A DNA stretch of 64,000 bases, taken from positions 192,001 to 256,000 of the forward strand of contig CAXXUO010000004.1 in assembly GCA_963666485.2 (NCBI GenBank), written 5' to 3'. Source of the stretch: Syntrophorhabdaceae bacterium. Lineage in GTDB: Bacteria; Desulfobacterota; Syntrophorhabdia; Syntrophorhabdales; Syntrophorhabdaceae. The position numbers and the translations under genes were made by a program. The number at the start of each line of letters is the position of its first letter. The stretch's first letter is position 1. Under the pieces are notes generated by a model. That model was not told the origin of the DNA and did no database searches. It saw only the letters and a list, made by a program, of their open reading frames with translations. This document shows, one piece after another, positions 39,146-48,177 of this stretch.

Positions 39146-39539
39146 ATGTACGGGCATGGGGGCGCGTTCCTGCGGCAACCGAGTGCCGAAGACCCGGGAG
39201 ACGAAACACGGGATGCAATTCCTGATAATCCCGAAAAAAGGAGAAATACGCTCCTTTTCATATCGCATATCATTGCAATAGCAATCTATGGATTCATCAT
39301 ATTCCTGACAGTGTCCCCCCCTTCACTACGAACCGGGCTCTCCGGCATACCTGGCGCACGGGGTAACGCTGACGCTATCGGTATACCTCTCATTGTTCGG
39401 GTTCATTATCGCGGTCCATATAATCATAAATGCAATCCGGCGGATCGAGATGTCGAGAATACCGCATAATTCGTCTCTGCTGACCCTTGTGTTCATGGTA
39501 ATACTGATCATTGGCAGGATAGCGAGCCTGTTCTATTAA
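39146..39539 (+). pseudogene. Small 3-TM membrane protein frameshifted at a C7 tract
   Basis: TM1 lies in one frame and TM2/TM3 in the +1 frame; deleting one C at 39315-39321 joins them. Confidence 0.55.
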
Positions 39540-39562
39540 AATACCGGGAGTGAAAGAAAATC

Positions 39563-40387
39563 ATGCGGCATAGCGGAAAACTTGTTCCTGTTCTCGTTCT
39601 GATCGGAATACTGGCCTCGCAAAATGTACACGCATTGACGAAGGAACCCCCGCTGCCGGCCGCTTGCGCACTGGCGGAAGAGGCGGCGGACGCCGAGGTC
39701 AAGGTCCGACTGTACACACGCTGCCTCGATCGCAGCGATGCGTCCGACAGGCAGCTCAAAGACTATCAGCGCGATGTCATGTACTTTCATCGGGCGAACG
39801 CTTTGTTCGACCTCGGCCGCTTTGCCGAAGCGCTCGCGGACTATGATCGCGTTATAGACAAAGGATACGGCAGCCATGTCTGGGCGCTGCACCAGCGCGG
39901 CCTGACACACCAGGCACTGGGCCAGAAGGAGCGTGCCCTCGCCGATTTCAACCGCGCACTTAAGGTCAACCCCGATGCTATCAGCGTTCTGTTCGACCGC
40001 GGCCGGCTTCTCGCCGATATGGGCCGGTACGGACCGGCAAAGAACGACCTGCTGAGGGCGGAAACTTTATCGCCGGGGACCGCTCAATATGCGAACGCCC
40101 TCGCCTGGCTCCTGGCTACATGCCCCGAGCCGGGGGTCAGGGATGGCAAAGAGGCTGTCCGCCTTGCGCTCAAGGCAGCAAGTATCGACAAGAGCGCCCA
40201 GCACCTCGACACACTTGCTGCCGCGTATGCGAGGAAAGGAGATTTCCGGCAGGCCCTCGAGACCCAGCAAGCCGCGCTTGACCTGCTTCGAAAAGATAAG
40301 GCTGATCCGCAAACCATGAAGGAATTCACCGCCCGTCTCAGCCTGTACACGGAAGGCAAGCCCTATACACAGGATCGGCCGGATTAA
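39563..40387 (+). CDS. Exported tetratricopeptide-repeat protein
   Basis: Signal peptide, TPR motifs, NALAWLLATCP..RDG.EAV and LDTLAAAYA segments. Confidence 0.9.
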   Translation: MRHSGKLVPVLVLIGILASQNVHALTKEPPLPAACALAEEAADAEVKVRLYTRCLDRSDASDRQLKDYQRDVMYFHRANALFDLGRFAEALADYDRVIDKGYGSHVWALHQRGLTHQALGQKERALADFNRALKVNPDAISVLFDRGRLLADMGRYGPAKNDLLRAETLSPGTAQYANALAWLLATCPEPGVRDGKEAVRLALKAASIDKSAQHLDTLAAAYARKGDFRQALETQQAALDLLRKDKADPQTMKEFTARLSLYTEGKPYTQDRPD

Positions 40388-40426
40388 CGCCGGAAGCTCG
40401 AAGGCAGTGACGTCAGTTCCGGCGCC

Positions 40427-40591
40427 TTACGCTGTTGTAATATTGTAGCTTTCGCACTCCGGGCACATCACGCGCCGCGGCTGCGCTTCACTCTTCTTCT
40501 TGGCCTTTTTCTGAGCAGGCTCCTTTCTTTCCAGGATCCTGTATTCAAATCTGCACCCGCAATCGTTGCATGAATATTGAATGATCTCCAT
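40427..40591 (-). CDS. Small zinc-ribbon protein (54 aa, FmdB-like)
   Basis: RBS aggaggg; YSCNDCG.RFE ... CPECES; below ORF-track cutoff. Confidence 0.75.
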   Translation of the reverse strand: MEIIQYSCNDCGCRFEYRILERKEPAQKKAKKKSEAQPRRVMCPECESYNITTA

Positions 40592-40700
40592 TCTTCCTTC
40601 CCTCCTTTCGCCTTCAATCTATGAAATTAATCTAAAGCGTGGTAAATAGATTTCAAGTGCCGCCGAGGGCGCTGTTCAGAAAAAAAAGGGGGGGGTATTG

Positions 40701-41012
40701 ATGAAGAATTGTGAGTATATAAAAAGATCGGGTATCCGGGCAGTTACAAGAAAACTCTGTCGGCAGTCATTAATTATTCTGCTCTTCTTTGCTGTCCCTG
40801 CGGTAGCTTTAAGCGCAGCCGATGATGGAGAGCGCCTGTTCCAATTGAAATGCGTCTCATGCCATGGCGCCGGAAAATCAAAGTCAAAGGGAATGACCGA
40901 GAAGGAGTGGCGTTCGACCGTGGTGAGGATGATAAGCAACGGAGCCGTTATTTCCCGCGAGGACACGGAAAAGATAGTGGGTTATCTCGCGACAAATTAT
41001 CCGAAAAAATAA
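40701..41012 (+). CDS. Small monoheme c-type cytochrome
   Basis: Signal peptide, CVSCH, W...V.RM..NGA with distal Met. Confidence 0.85.
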   Translation: MKNCEYIKRSGIRAVTRKLCRQSLIILLFFAVPAVALSAADDGERLFQLKCVSCHGAGKSKSKGMTEKEWRSTVVRMISNGAVISREDTEKIVGYLATNYPKK

Positions 41013-41025
41013 GGGGCCCGTCAGG

Positions 41026-41493
41026 TCATTCCCGGCCGGGAGGCTTCGGACGTTCCTGCTTACCCGCCGTCCAGCCTTCGGACGCATCCGGAAAACAGTC
41101 AAAGCGCGGGATGTAGGGCTTTATGTCGATGAGAGGCGTCCCATCGAGCACGTCAACGCCCCGGACAACAAGTCTGTTGCCGATCCGTTCGTCCAGCCGG
41201 ACCACCGTAAAACCGATGCTGTTGGGCCGCGAAGGATGGCGGCACGCAAAGACCCCGTGCGGCTCGTCATCAAGGAACGTATTCCGTATCAACTCACCCG
41301 GCGCAGTCCGGTCAAAAACATAGATCAGGAACAGGTGCGAAAAAAGCTCGATGTCCTTAAGCCCCTCTTCGAATTCGGGAAAAACCTCGATCTCGCCCCG
41401 TGCGTCCGGGCGGAATGTCCCCTGGATCGGGGCCTCCTCCTTTGTTATGAACGGGGAATGGATGATGCCGACAGGCTTTAGCTGAAATACCAT
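41026..41493 (-). CDS. trmO: tRNA m6t6A37 methyltransferase TrmO/TsaA-like
   Basis: APIQG, GVFACRHPSRPNSIG, DGTPLIDIKPY. Confidence 0.88.
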   Translation of the reverse strand: MVFQLKPVGIIHSPFITKEEAPIQGTFRPDARGEIEVFPEFEEGLKDIELFSHLFLIYVFDRTAPGELIRNTFLDDEPHGVFACRHPSRPNSIGFTVVRLDERIGNRLVVRGVDVLDGTPLIDIKPYIPRFDCFPDASEGWTAGKQERPKPPGRE

Positions 41494-41571
41494 GTGCTCG
41501 TGATCTTATACCAGATTTGCGCAGATTTTCCTATGCATCTTCGTTTTGCTCCATCAGGCGCCAGGGGAATT

Positions 41572-42885
41572 TTATCTGTCTTGTTCCTGCCCGAAAGCAA
41601 GTCTGAATGTCGTTCCACGGTCCCGTATAAGCTCTATGGAGCCTTCGAGCTGTTCGGCGAGCGTCACGACGAGCTGCATTCCCAGTGATTCCGTCTGTGT
41701 AAAATCGAGATCCTCCGGGAAGCCGACCCCGTCATCTGTCACCGACAGTTCGTACCGGTCGGGGCGCCTTTCGAGCTTGACTGTTATAGTCCCCTGCATG
41801 TCCGCCGGGAAAGCGTGCTTCATTGCATTCGAAAAGAGTTCATTCACGATAAGACCGAGCGGTATCGTTGTGTCTATGTCGAAGAAGAAATCCCCGATAT
41901 CCTTCGCAATGGCGATGCCATCATGGTACCCTTCGTACGATCTGACGAGATCTGTGAGAAGATCGTCGGCGTACTCCCTGAAATTGATGCGGGCAAGGTC
42001 TGAGGACCGGTACAGCTTGTTGTGGATCAGGGACATGACCTGGATCCGCTTGCGGCATTCGTCCATCATGACCCGCACCGCGCTGTCATCGACCATGCCC
42101 GATTGCAGGTTGATGATGCTGGCCACAACCATGAGGTTGTTCTTCACCCGGTGATGGATCTCCTTGAGAAGGACCTCTTTTTCTTTCAATGATTCCTGCA
42201 AGGCGGATTCCGCCTTCCTGAGTTCGGTGATATCGCGGGCCGCCGCAAAAACACCTGTTACATGCCCCTCATCATCTTTGTATACGGATGCATTGTACAG
42301 GACCGGGATTGAGCTGCCGTCAGTGTGCTTCAGTTCGAGCCCGTAATCCTGGACCTGTCCCTCTTCGAACACCTTTATATAGCCTGCCCGGGCCTTCTGA
42401 GGGTCGGTGAAATAATCAGCGAAGTTCGTCCCGATAAGGGCCTGCCGGGTAAGCCCGGTCGCCTTTTCCGTCGCGCTGTTGACATCCGTGATCGTGCCGT
42501 CCGGCCCTATCGTAACGAGGGGATCGAGGCTCGCTTCGATCAGGCTGCGGTTGTAGGCAAATGCCGTCAGGACGGCCTTTTCCGCCTCCCGGGTCTCGCG
42601 GAACATGCGGCTCATCAGCAAAACCCCCAGGAAGAACACAAACGAGATGATAAGCGTCAAGACCTCGGCGCTGGCCAGTTCCCTGTTCGTTCTCATAAAT
42701 TGGCCAAGCGTTGCCGAGCGGCGGGCGACGATGAGAAGTGACGATACGGCGATCAGGAGCCACGGGAGCCGGCGCGGTGCGAACCGCAGCTGCATCACGG
42801 CAACGATCCCGGCAACAGCCTGCAGTACGATCCCGAGGATATATATTGTTGCGCTCATATTCACGATCCCGAGACTGTAATACAA
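41572..42885 (-). CDS. Membrane PAS sensor histidine kinase (HisKA_2 type)
   Basis: 3 TM, PAS domain, EIHHRVKNN, NEL.SNAMKHA, DDGVG. Confidence 0.93.
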   Translation of the reverse strand: MYYSLGIVNMSATIYILGIVLQAVAGIVAVMQLRFAPRRLPWLLIAVSSLLIVARRSATLGQFMRTNRELASAEVLTLIISFVFFLGVLLMSRMFRETREAEKAVLTAFAYNRSLIEASLDPLVTIGPDGTITDVNSATEKATGLTRQALIGTNFADYFTDPQKARAGYIKVFEEGQVQDYGLELKHTDGSSIPVLYNASVYKDDEGHVTGVFAAARDITELRKAESALQESLKEKEVLLKEIHHRVKNNLMVVASIINLQSGMVDDSAVRVMMDECRKRIQVMSLIHNKLYRSSDLARINFREYADDLLTDLVRSYEGYHDGIAIAKDIGDFFFDIDTTIPLGLIVNELFSNAMKHAFPADMQGTITVKLERRPDRYELSVTDDGVGFPEDLDFTQTESLGMQLVVTLAEQLEGSIELIRDRGTTFRLAFGQEQDR

Positions 42886-43341
42886 CGCATTACTTTACTA
42901 TTATCGCCACATACCAAAAACAATTAAGGAATAACATAACAGCGTGCGCAGAATTATCCCTCTTATGGTACTATACCATAAAAAAGCGGACAACAACCCG
43001 GAAACACGTAAGGCCCGACCAGCGTAAAAGCATCCCCGGGGGGTGGTCAAGAAAGTACCACTTTGGGAAGAAAGGGTGGGTTTCTTCACGCGGCGGGGAG
43101 CCGGTCCTTTTCAGGCCAAAGTGGTAGGCATGTGGTAACAATAAAATTATCACAATTCAGCGACAGCGCAAGTGCTGCCACCTGTCAACCCTTGGTAGAC
43201 GAGGATATATGCGTTTTCCATACATTCATTTTTTGTAAATTACACGAAAACGGGAAGAACGGGCCGGTTTGTATTGATACTTCCCTTTTCCTGTGTTATC
43301 CCTATTCCGTGTGTAAACAAATTCAAAACGGGAGGATACAT

Positions 43342-43833
43342 ATGAGCGGATCCGGTCGCATGCTGTGCCTGGTGTTTATCGCTATGGCCATCGTCTTGTC
43401 CTGCAACGGCGCAGGGTTGGCCCAGGGGAAGATAGATTCCTGCGGCTTCCTGACTAAGACCGATATAAAAGATGTTACCGGCCAGAACGTGGGCGACGGC
43501 AAACTCAACACCAAGGCAAACCCGCTCGTAGGGTTCCCCTGTGAATACTCGGCCGCCTCAGGCGGCAAGGTCAGTATCCTCGTAAAAACCGCGGGGCCGG
43601 GAGAAAACGCCGACAAGGTTTCTGCTGAATTAAAAAAGATGAAGATCCCCGTATCCGACGCCCCGGGGATCGGGGACCGCTCGTTTTTCTCGAGCCCGGG
43701 CTTCGGGATGATCCAGCTGAACACCTTCAAGGGCTCCCGGTATTATATCATCACGATGCTTTTGCCCGGGTCATCCGAAACGGCACAGAAAACTGCCGCG
43801 GAAAAACTTATGCGCAAGGCGTTGACGAAATAA
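43342..43833 (+). CDS. Exported hypothetical protein
   Basis: RBS ggagg, signal peptide, C..LT..DI, CEY, GIGDRSF pattern. Confidence 0.75.
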   Translation: MSGSGRMLCLVFIAMAIVLSCNGAGLAQGKIDSCGFLTKTDIKDVTGQNVGDGKLNTKANPLVGFPCEYSAASGGKVSILVKTAGPGENADKVSAELKKMKIPVSDAPGIGDRSFFSSPGFGMIQLNTFKGSRYYIITMLLPGSSETAQKTAAEKLMRKALTK

Positions 43834-44946
43834 TTACGCGGTTTTCATGTATGACCGGACGGTCTGGCGGGCCTTTTCCATATCCGCGGCGAGCGCGGCG
43901 GTCACGAGATCTGACAGGCTGCCGGTGAAACCCGTTATTTTTTGGTATTCGGCCCTGACCCGCAGATACTGGGGATTGGGGCTGTTCATCCCCATGACGT
44001 TGCTTATGAGGTCCGCCAGGCAGATGACGGCACAGTACTTCCGGATGGCATCCGGGACCTGCTCGGGCGGGACAAAACACGGTGCATGATGCTGTTCCAC
44101 GCAATCGCTGATGAGGTGGGGAAGCCGCCATTGCTCAGCGATGATCCCCCCGATCACGGCATGGTTGATCCCGTACTGCCTGTCCTCGCGCACCACCCCG
44201 ACAAAACCCTGCCCGTCCCCATCCGGCCGGAAGATCGCATCAAGAAAGAATTTCCCGATATCGTGCAGAAGGCCGATCGTCCCGAGCGTATATTCGGGAA
44301 GGTGGAACACCCTTCCGAGATGGCCCGCCGCGGCGGACACGACCGCCGAATGGGTCCATATCATGGCGTAACTTTCCCGGTCACGGTCGCGCACCGCCGG
44401 GACGGAATTGCCGAGCAGGTCTTCGAGAACAAGCGTCCGGACATTGTTGTACCCGAGGAGCGTTATCGCCCTTCCGATCGATGTGACCTTTTCCGTCTGG
44501 CGAAAATATGCCGAATTCACCGTCTGCAGCACCTTGGCCGAAAATGAGGGGTTTGTCGACACGAGGGATATCACTTCGCGCGTATTCGATTCAGGGTTCT
44601 GCAAAAGGCTGAGCAGGCTCAAAGACGGGGTGCCGACGGGGATATTCGATATCTGGCTGACAAGCATCGTCCTCATACCCGCGTCCACCATCGGGGATGT
44701 CAGGGGGAACACGCCTTCACCGGCGGATACGAACGGGATATCCCGAAGCAGGGGATAGGTTTCCATTATCGCCGCTTTTTCGTTGTACGCCGCAGCGCCG
44801 GCGCTGTCACCCGCATCGGGTTCCTTCCTTTTCGGACCTCGGTCCGGCGGCGGTTCAGGCTCTTGAGTGCCCGGCGCCCTCCCGCGGAAATAAAGGATCA
44901 ACCCGATAACGATGATCAAAGCGAGTATTATATAGATTACCGTCAC
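43834..44946 (-). CDS. HDOD-domain protein with N-terminal TM
   Basis: VLQTVNSAYF, AITLLG, WTHS, GLLHDIGK, NHA.IG...W.LP; start uncertain. Confidence 0.88.
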   Translation of the reverse strand: MTVIYIILALIIVIGLILYFRGRAPGTQEPEPPPDRGPKRKEPDAGDSAGAAAYNEKAAIMETYPLLRDIPFVSAGEGVFPLTSPMVDAGMRTMLVSQISNIPVGTPSLSLLSLLQNPESNTREVISLVSTNPSFSAKVLQTVNSAYFRQTEKVTSIGRAITLLGYNNVRTLVLEDLLGNSVPAVRDRDRESYAMIWTHSAVVSAAAGHLGRVFHLPEYTLGTIGLLHDIGKFFLDAIFRPDGDGQGFVGVVREDRQYGINHAVIGGIIAEQWRLPHLISDCVEQHHAPCFVPPEQVPDAIRKYCAVICLADLISNVMGMNSPNPQYLRVRAEYQKITGFTGSLSDLVTAALAADMEKARQTVRSYMKTA

Positions 44947-45100
44947 CCTAGGCGGCTCCAATGGACAGGATACTATTCCGGATTTAATTCTGCAATCGTT
45001 ATTAGCGCAAAATGCGCTTGCGGGGTGCGCCGGATAACCTTGACAGGCCGGTGGATGGCGTGGCAAAAAATAAAGACAGGAAGATGCGAAAGGAGAACCC

Positions 45101-45847
45101 ATGAAAATTGAAGACGTACGGAAAAGTTTCGCGATGCCCGTCACCAGCCCGTCTTTTTCGCGGGGGCCCTACCGGTTCCGCGACCGGGAATACCTGATCA
45201 TCGAATACGAAACGGACATGGCTGCACTGAGGGAAGCTGTTCCCGAACCCCTCCAGATAGAAAGGCCGGCGGTCAAGTACGAGTTTATAAAAATGCCGGA
45301 TTCGGACGGGTTCGGCTCCTACGCGGAATCTGGACAGGTCATTCCCGTGCGTTTTAACGGCGTCTCAGGCAATTACCTCCACTCCATGTACCTCGACGAC
45401 ATATCCCCGATCGTGGGCGGCCGGGAGGTATGGGGTTTCCCGAAAAAATACGCCCATCCCGAGATGCGCGTCGACCGTGTCAACAAGGACTGTTATATCG
45501 GTATCCTGAAATATGGCGAACTGGAAGTGGCGAGGGCCACGATGGCATACAAATGGCGGCAGCTGGACAACGAACCTGTGCGCAGGGCGGTGGATGCCAC
45601 GCCAAACTTCCTCCTCAAGGTCATCCCCGACGTTGACGGCGCACCGAAGATCTGCCAGCTCGTTCAGTATCCCCTGACGGATGTCACGATCAAGGAAACG
45701 TGGACCGGACCCGCGTCCCTGCAGCTATTCGCTCACTGCCTGGCGCCCGTTGCCGACCTGCCGGTCAGGCGTATTGTTGGTGCGACGCACTTCATCGGCG
45801 ACATGACGATCGGGCCGGGAAAGGTTGTCTACGATTACCTCGCCTAG
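45101..45847 (+). CDS. adc: Acetoacetate decarboxylase family protein
   Basis: YRFRDREY, Y.ESGQVIP, GREVWGFPKK Schiff-base Lys-Lys motif. Confidence 0.9.
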   Translation: MKIEDVRKSFAMPVTSPSFSRGPYRFRDREYLIIEYETDMAALREAVPEPLQIERPAVKYEFIKMPDSDGFGSYAESGQVIPVRFNGVSGNYLHSMYLDDISPIVGGREVWGFPKKYAHPEMRVDRVNKDCYIGILKYGELEVARATMAYKWRQLDNEPVRRAVDATPNFLLKVIPDVDGAPKICQLVQYPLTDVTIKETWTGPASLQLFAHCLAPVADLPVRRIVGATHFIGDMTIGPGKVVYDYLA

Positions 45848-46773
45848 TCTTTTTGCCTGTCCTTTTCGAGGAAGTGCAGCAAGGTCCCGGTCCTGAGCTT
45901 CACCATCTTTTCCTTCATTTCAGGGGTCCAGTCATAGAACCCCCTGCCGGACTTGAGGCCAAGATCGCCTTTTTCCACGAGGTCCCGCATCAGTTTCGAG
46001 GGCTCGGACGAATTGCACAGGACAGGGAACAGGTAGGTGGATATGATATGGAAGATGTCGAGGCCCCCCATGTCCGCACTTAAGAGCGGGCCGGTGACGG
46101 GCAGCCGCCTTCCATGCCCGTACGTCATCGACCTGTCGACCTCTTCGATGTCCGCATACCCCTCTTCGACTATGTAGAGCGCCTCCCTCAGGAGCGCAAG
46201 CTGGAGCCTGTTGCCGATAAATCCCGGGCATTCCTTCTTGAGGCGGACAGGCTCTTTGCCGAGCGACCTCACCCATTCCACGGTCGCATCGACGACCTCC
46301 CGGGACGTTCGCTCGCCCGGGACGACCTCGACGAGCGGGATGAGCTGGGGAGGGTTCCAAAAATGCGCGACGACGACCCTGTCCGGAAAGGCCAGGCCCT
46401 TCGCAATTTCCGTGGGGCTCAGGCCCGACGTGTTCGTCGCGAGGATGACCCCGGGAGGGCATGTGCCGTCGAGCTCTTTGAACACCTTTTTCTTGAATCC
46501 GAGGTCCTCGGGGAGGCATTCAACAACGATGCCGGCCGGCCTTGCCGCATCACTGATGGATGTCAGGCCTTCGATCCTTCCCAGGATAGCGCGGGATTCC
46601 CCGCCTGTTTTCCCTGAGGCAGCAAGGCTTGTCGCGATGGCCCCTTTTGCCCGTTCAAGGACCTCTTCCGAAACATCGCACAATATGACACGGGAACCGG
46701 CCCCGGCTGCCAGCTGGGCTATTCCATGCCCCATTGTCCCTGCCCCCAGTACAGCAACGGTCTCGATCTTCAT
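45844..46773 (-). CDS. 3-hydroxyacyl-CoA dehydrogenase family protein
   Basis: GAGTMG, TNTS, HFWNP, PGFIGNR, GLKSGRGFY. Confidence 0.92.
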   Translation of the reverse strand: MKIETVAVLGAGTMGHGIAQLAAGAGSRVILCDVSEEVLERAKGAIATSLAASGKTGGESRAILGRIEGLTSISDAARPAGIVVECLPEDLGFKKKVFKELDGTCPPGVILATNTSGLSPTEIAKGLAFPDRVVVAHFWNPPQLIPLVEVVPGERTSREVVDATVEWVRSLGKEPVRLKKECPGFIGNRLQLALLREALYIVEEGYADIEEVDRSMTYGHGRRLPVTGPLLSADMGGLDIFHIISTYLFPVLCNSSEPSKLMRDLVEKGDLGLKSGRGFYDWTPEMKEKMVKLRTGTLLHFLEKDRQKD

Positions 46774-46800
46774 ATATCCCTCCTGCCCTGCATGGCTTAT

Positions 46801-47955
46801 TTATTCCATCGAAATGCCGAACTCGTATGCTTCGAGCAGCGCGCCCTTCAACAGCTCCCGCGTGACCTCAAACGGTTCGTAGTGGATAAAGAACACGTTC
46901 AGGCTCGTGTCGACTATGTCTTCAAGCCCGGTGCTGCGGACGTGCGGGTCAAAACCCAGCTGCCTGAGGCTGAGCGGCAGGCCGACATTGCGGAAGAACC
47001 GCGCAGCGTCTGCGGCCTCGTCCATTCTCTTTTCCATGATGAGCTGTGCCATGACGCCTATCGCCACCAGTTCCCCGTGCAGACAGTTGTGATGCAGTTC
47101 AGGTACGGCCGTCAGCCCCTGCGCCACACCGTGGGCCCCTGCCAGGCCGCCGCTTTCGAATCCCAACCCGCTCAGAAGGATATTGGCCTCCACGATGCGC
47201 GCGACATGCTCGCCGGCACTGCCGCCCCGGATCTCGTCGAGCGCGGCGGTACCGTGTTCGACAAGGGCATCGCGGCACTGACGGGCGATCGCGAGGGCGG
47301 CCATCGTAGGCCGTGCCCCGCGGGCTGTCAGCGCCTGCGGGTTTTCCATGCAGCAGCGTGCTTCATAAAAGGTCGAGAAAGCGTCGCCCATCCCGGCTAT
47401 GATATATCGGGCGGGCGCAGCGCTGAGCACATCGAGATCGGCAATGACCATCAGCGGATTCGTTGCATGGAACTCGATGCCGGCAAAGGTGCCCCCTGCG
47501 TCATAGATCACCGAGTGGGCGGCTGTCGGGGCATCTGTCGATGCGGTGGTAGGCACGGTGACGACCGGGACAGAGAGTCTTGCGGCGGCCATTCTCGCCG
47601 TATCCAGGCATTTGCCCCCGCCAACACCGATAAGAACATGAATGTCGGACGCCGAACCGCCAAAGGACCGGACCACCCTTTCGACCTCGTCGAGCGTTGA
47701 CTCGCCCTCAAAGATGGTCTTTTTGACACGGAAGCCGGCCGCCGTCAGGCTTGCGGCAATAATATCACCCAGGGAGCGGTCGCGGCCCGGGGTGATCAAT
47801 ACTCCTGCCGTTCCGGATGCACACAGCGACAGGTACCGGCCAAGGCGTTCGATAACGCCCCGTCCCTGTATATATTGGGATGGCGATATAAACAGCTGAA
47901 CGGGCATCCCCATGTCGGGAGAGGCCCGATACACCGCGTTGGGATCTGCAGCCAT
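46801..47955 (-). CDS. gldA: Glycerol dehydrogenase family (metal-dependent ADH)
   Basis: SPSQYIQG, GGGKCLD, ASTDAP, GFESGGLAGAH, HGE. Confidence 0.88.
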   Translation of the reverse strand: MAADPNAVYRASPDMGMPVQLFISPSQYIQGRGVIERLGRYLSLCASGTAGVLITPGRDRSLGDIIAASLTAAGFRVKKTIFEGESTLDEVERVVRSFGGSASDIHVLIGVGGGKCLDTARMAAARLSVPVVTVPTTASTDAPTAAHSVIYDAGGTFAGIEFHATNPLMVIADLDVLSAAPARYIIAGMGDAFSTFYEARCCMENPQALTARGARPTMAALAIARQCRDALVEHGTAALDEIRGGSAGEHVARIVEANILLSGLGFESGGLAGAHGVAQGLTAVPELHHNCLHGELVAIGVMAQLIMEKRMDEAADAARFFRNVGLPLSLRQLGFDPHVRSTGLEDIVDTSLNVFFIHYEPFEVTRELLKGALLEAYEFGISME

Positions 47956-48177
47956 GCATTACCTCCTGCCGGGACCGGCGTACAGCGAGAGATTCGCGCC
48001 GGTATACCCGGCACACGTCGAGCCTCTATAATATCACTGTCCCTATTTTGAAACAATGTATACACCTTTTGACCAATTTCCGTTGCCAGGCTGCACCACA
48101 CCGACAAATAAAGCTTTAATTATCCCGATATTATGCGATAAAATGCTGGAGGCAGTCCTTCGGGACCATAAAAACCC

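Noticed and set aside
42928..42955. dif-like site (TTATGTTA arm on the minus strand)
   Set aside because: The XerC arm and spacing do not fit the consensus
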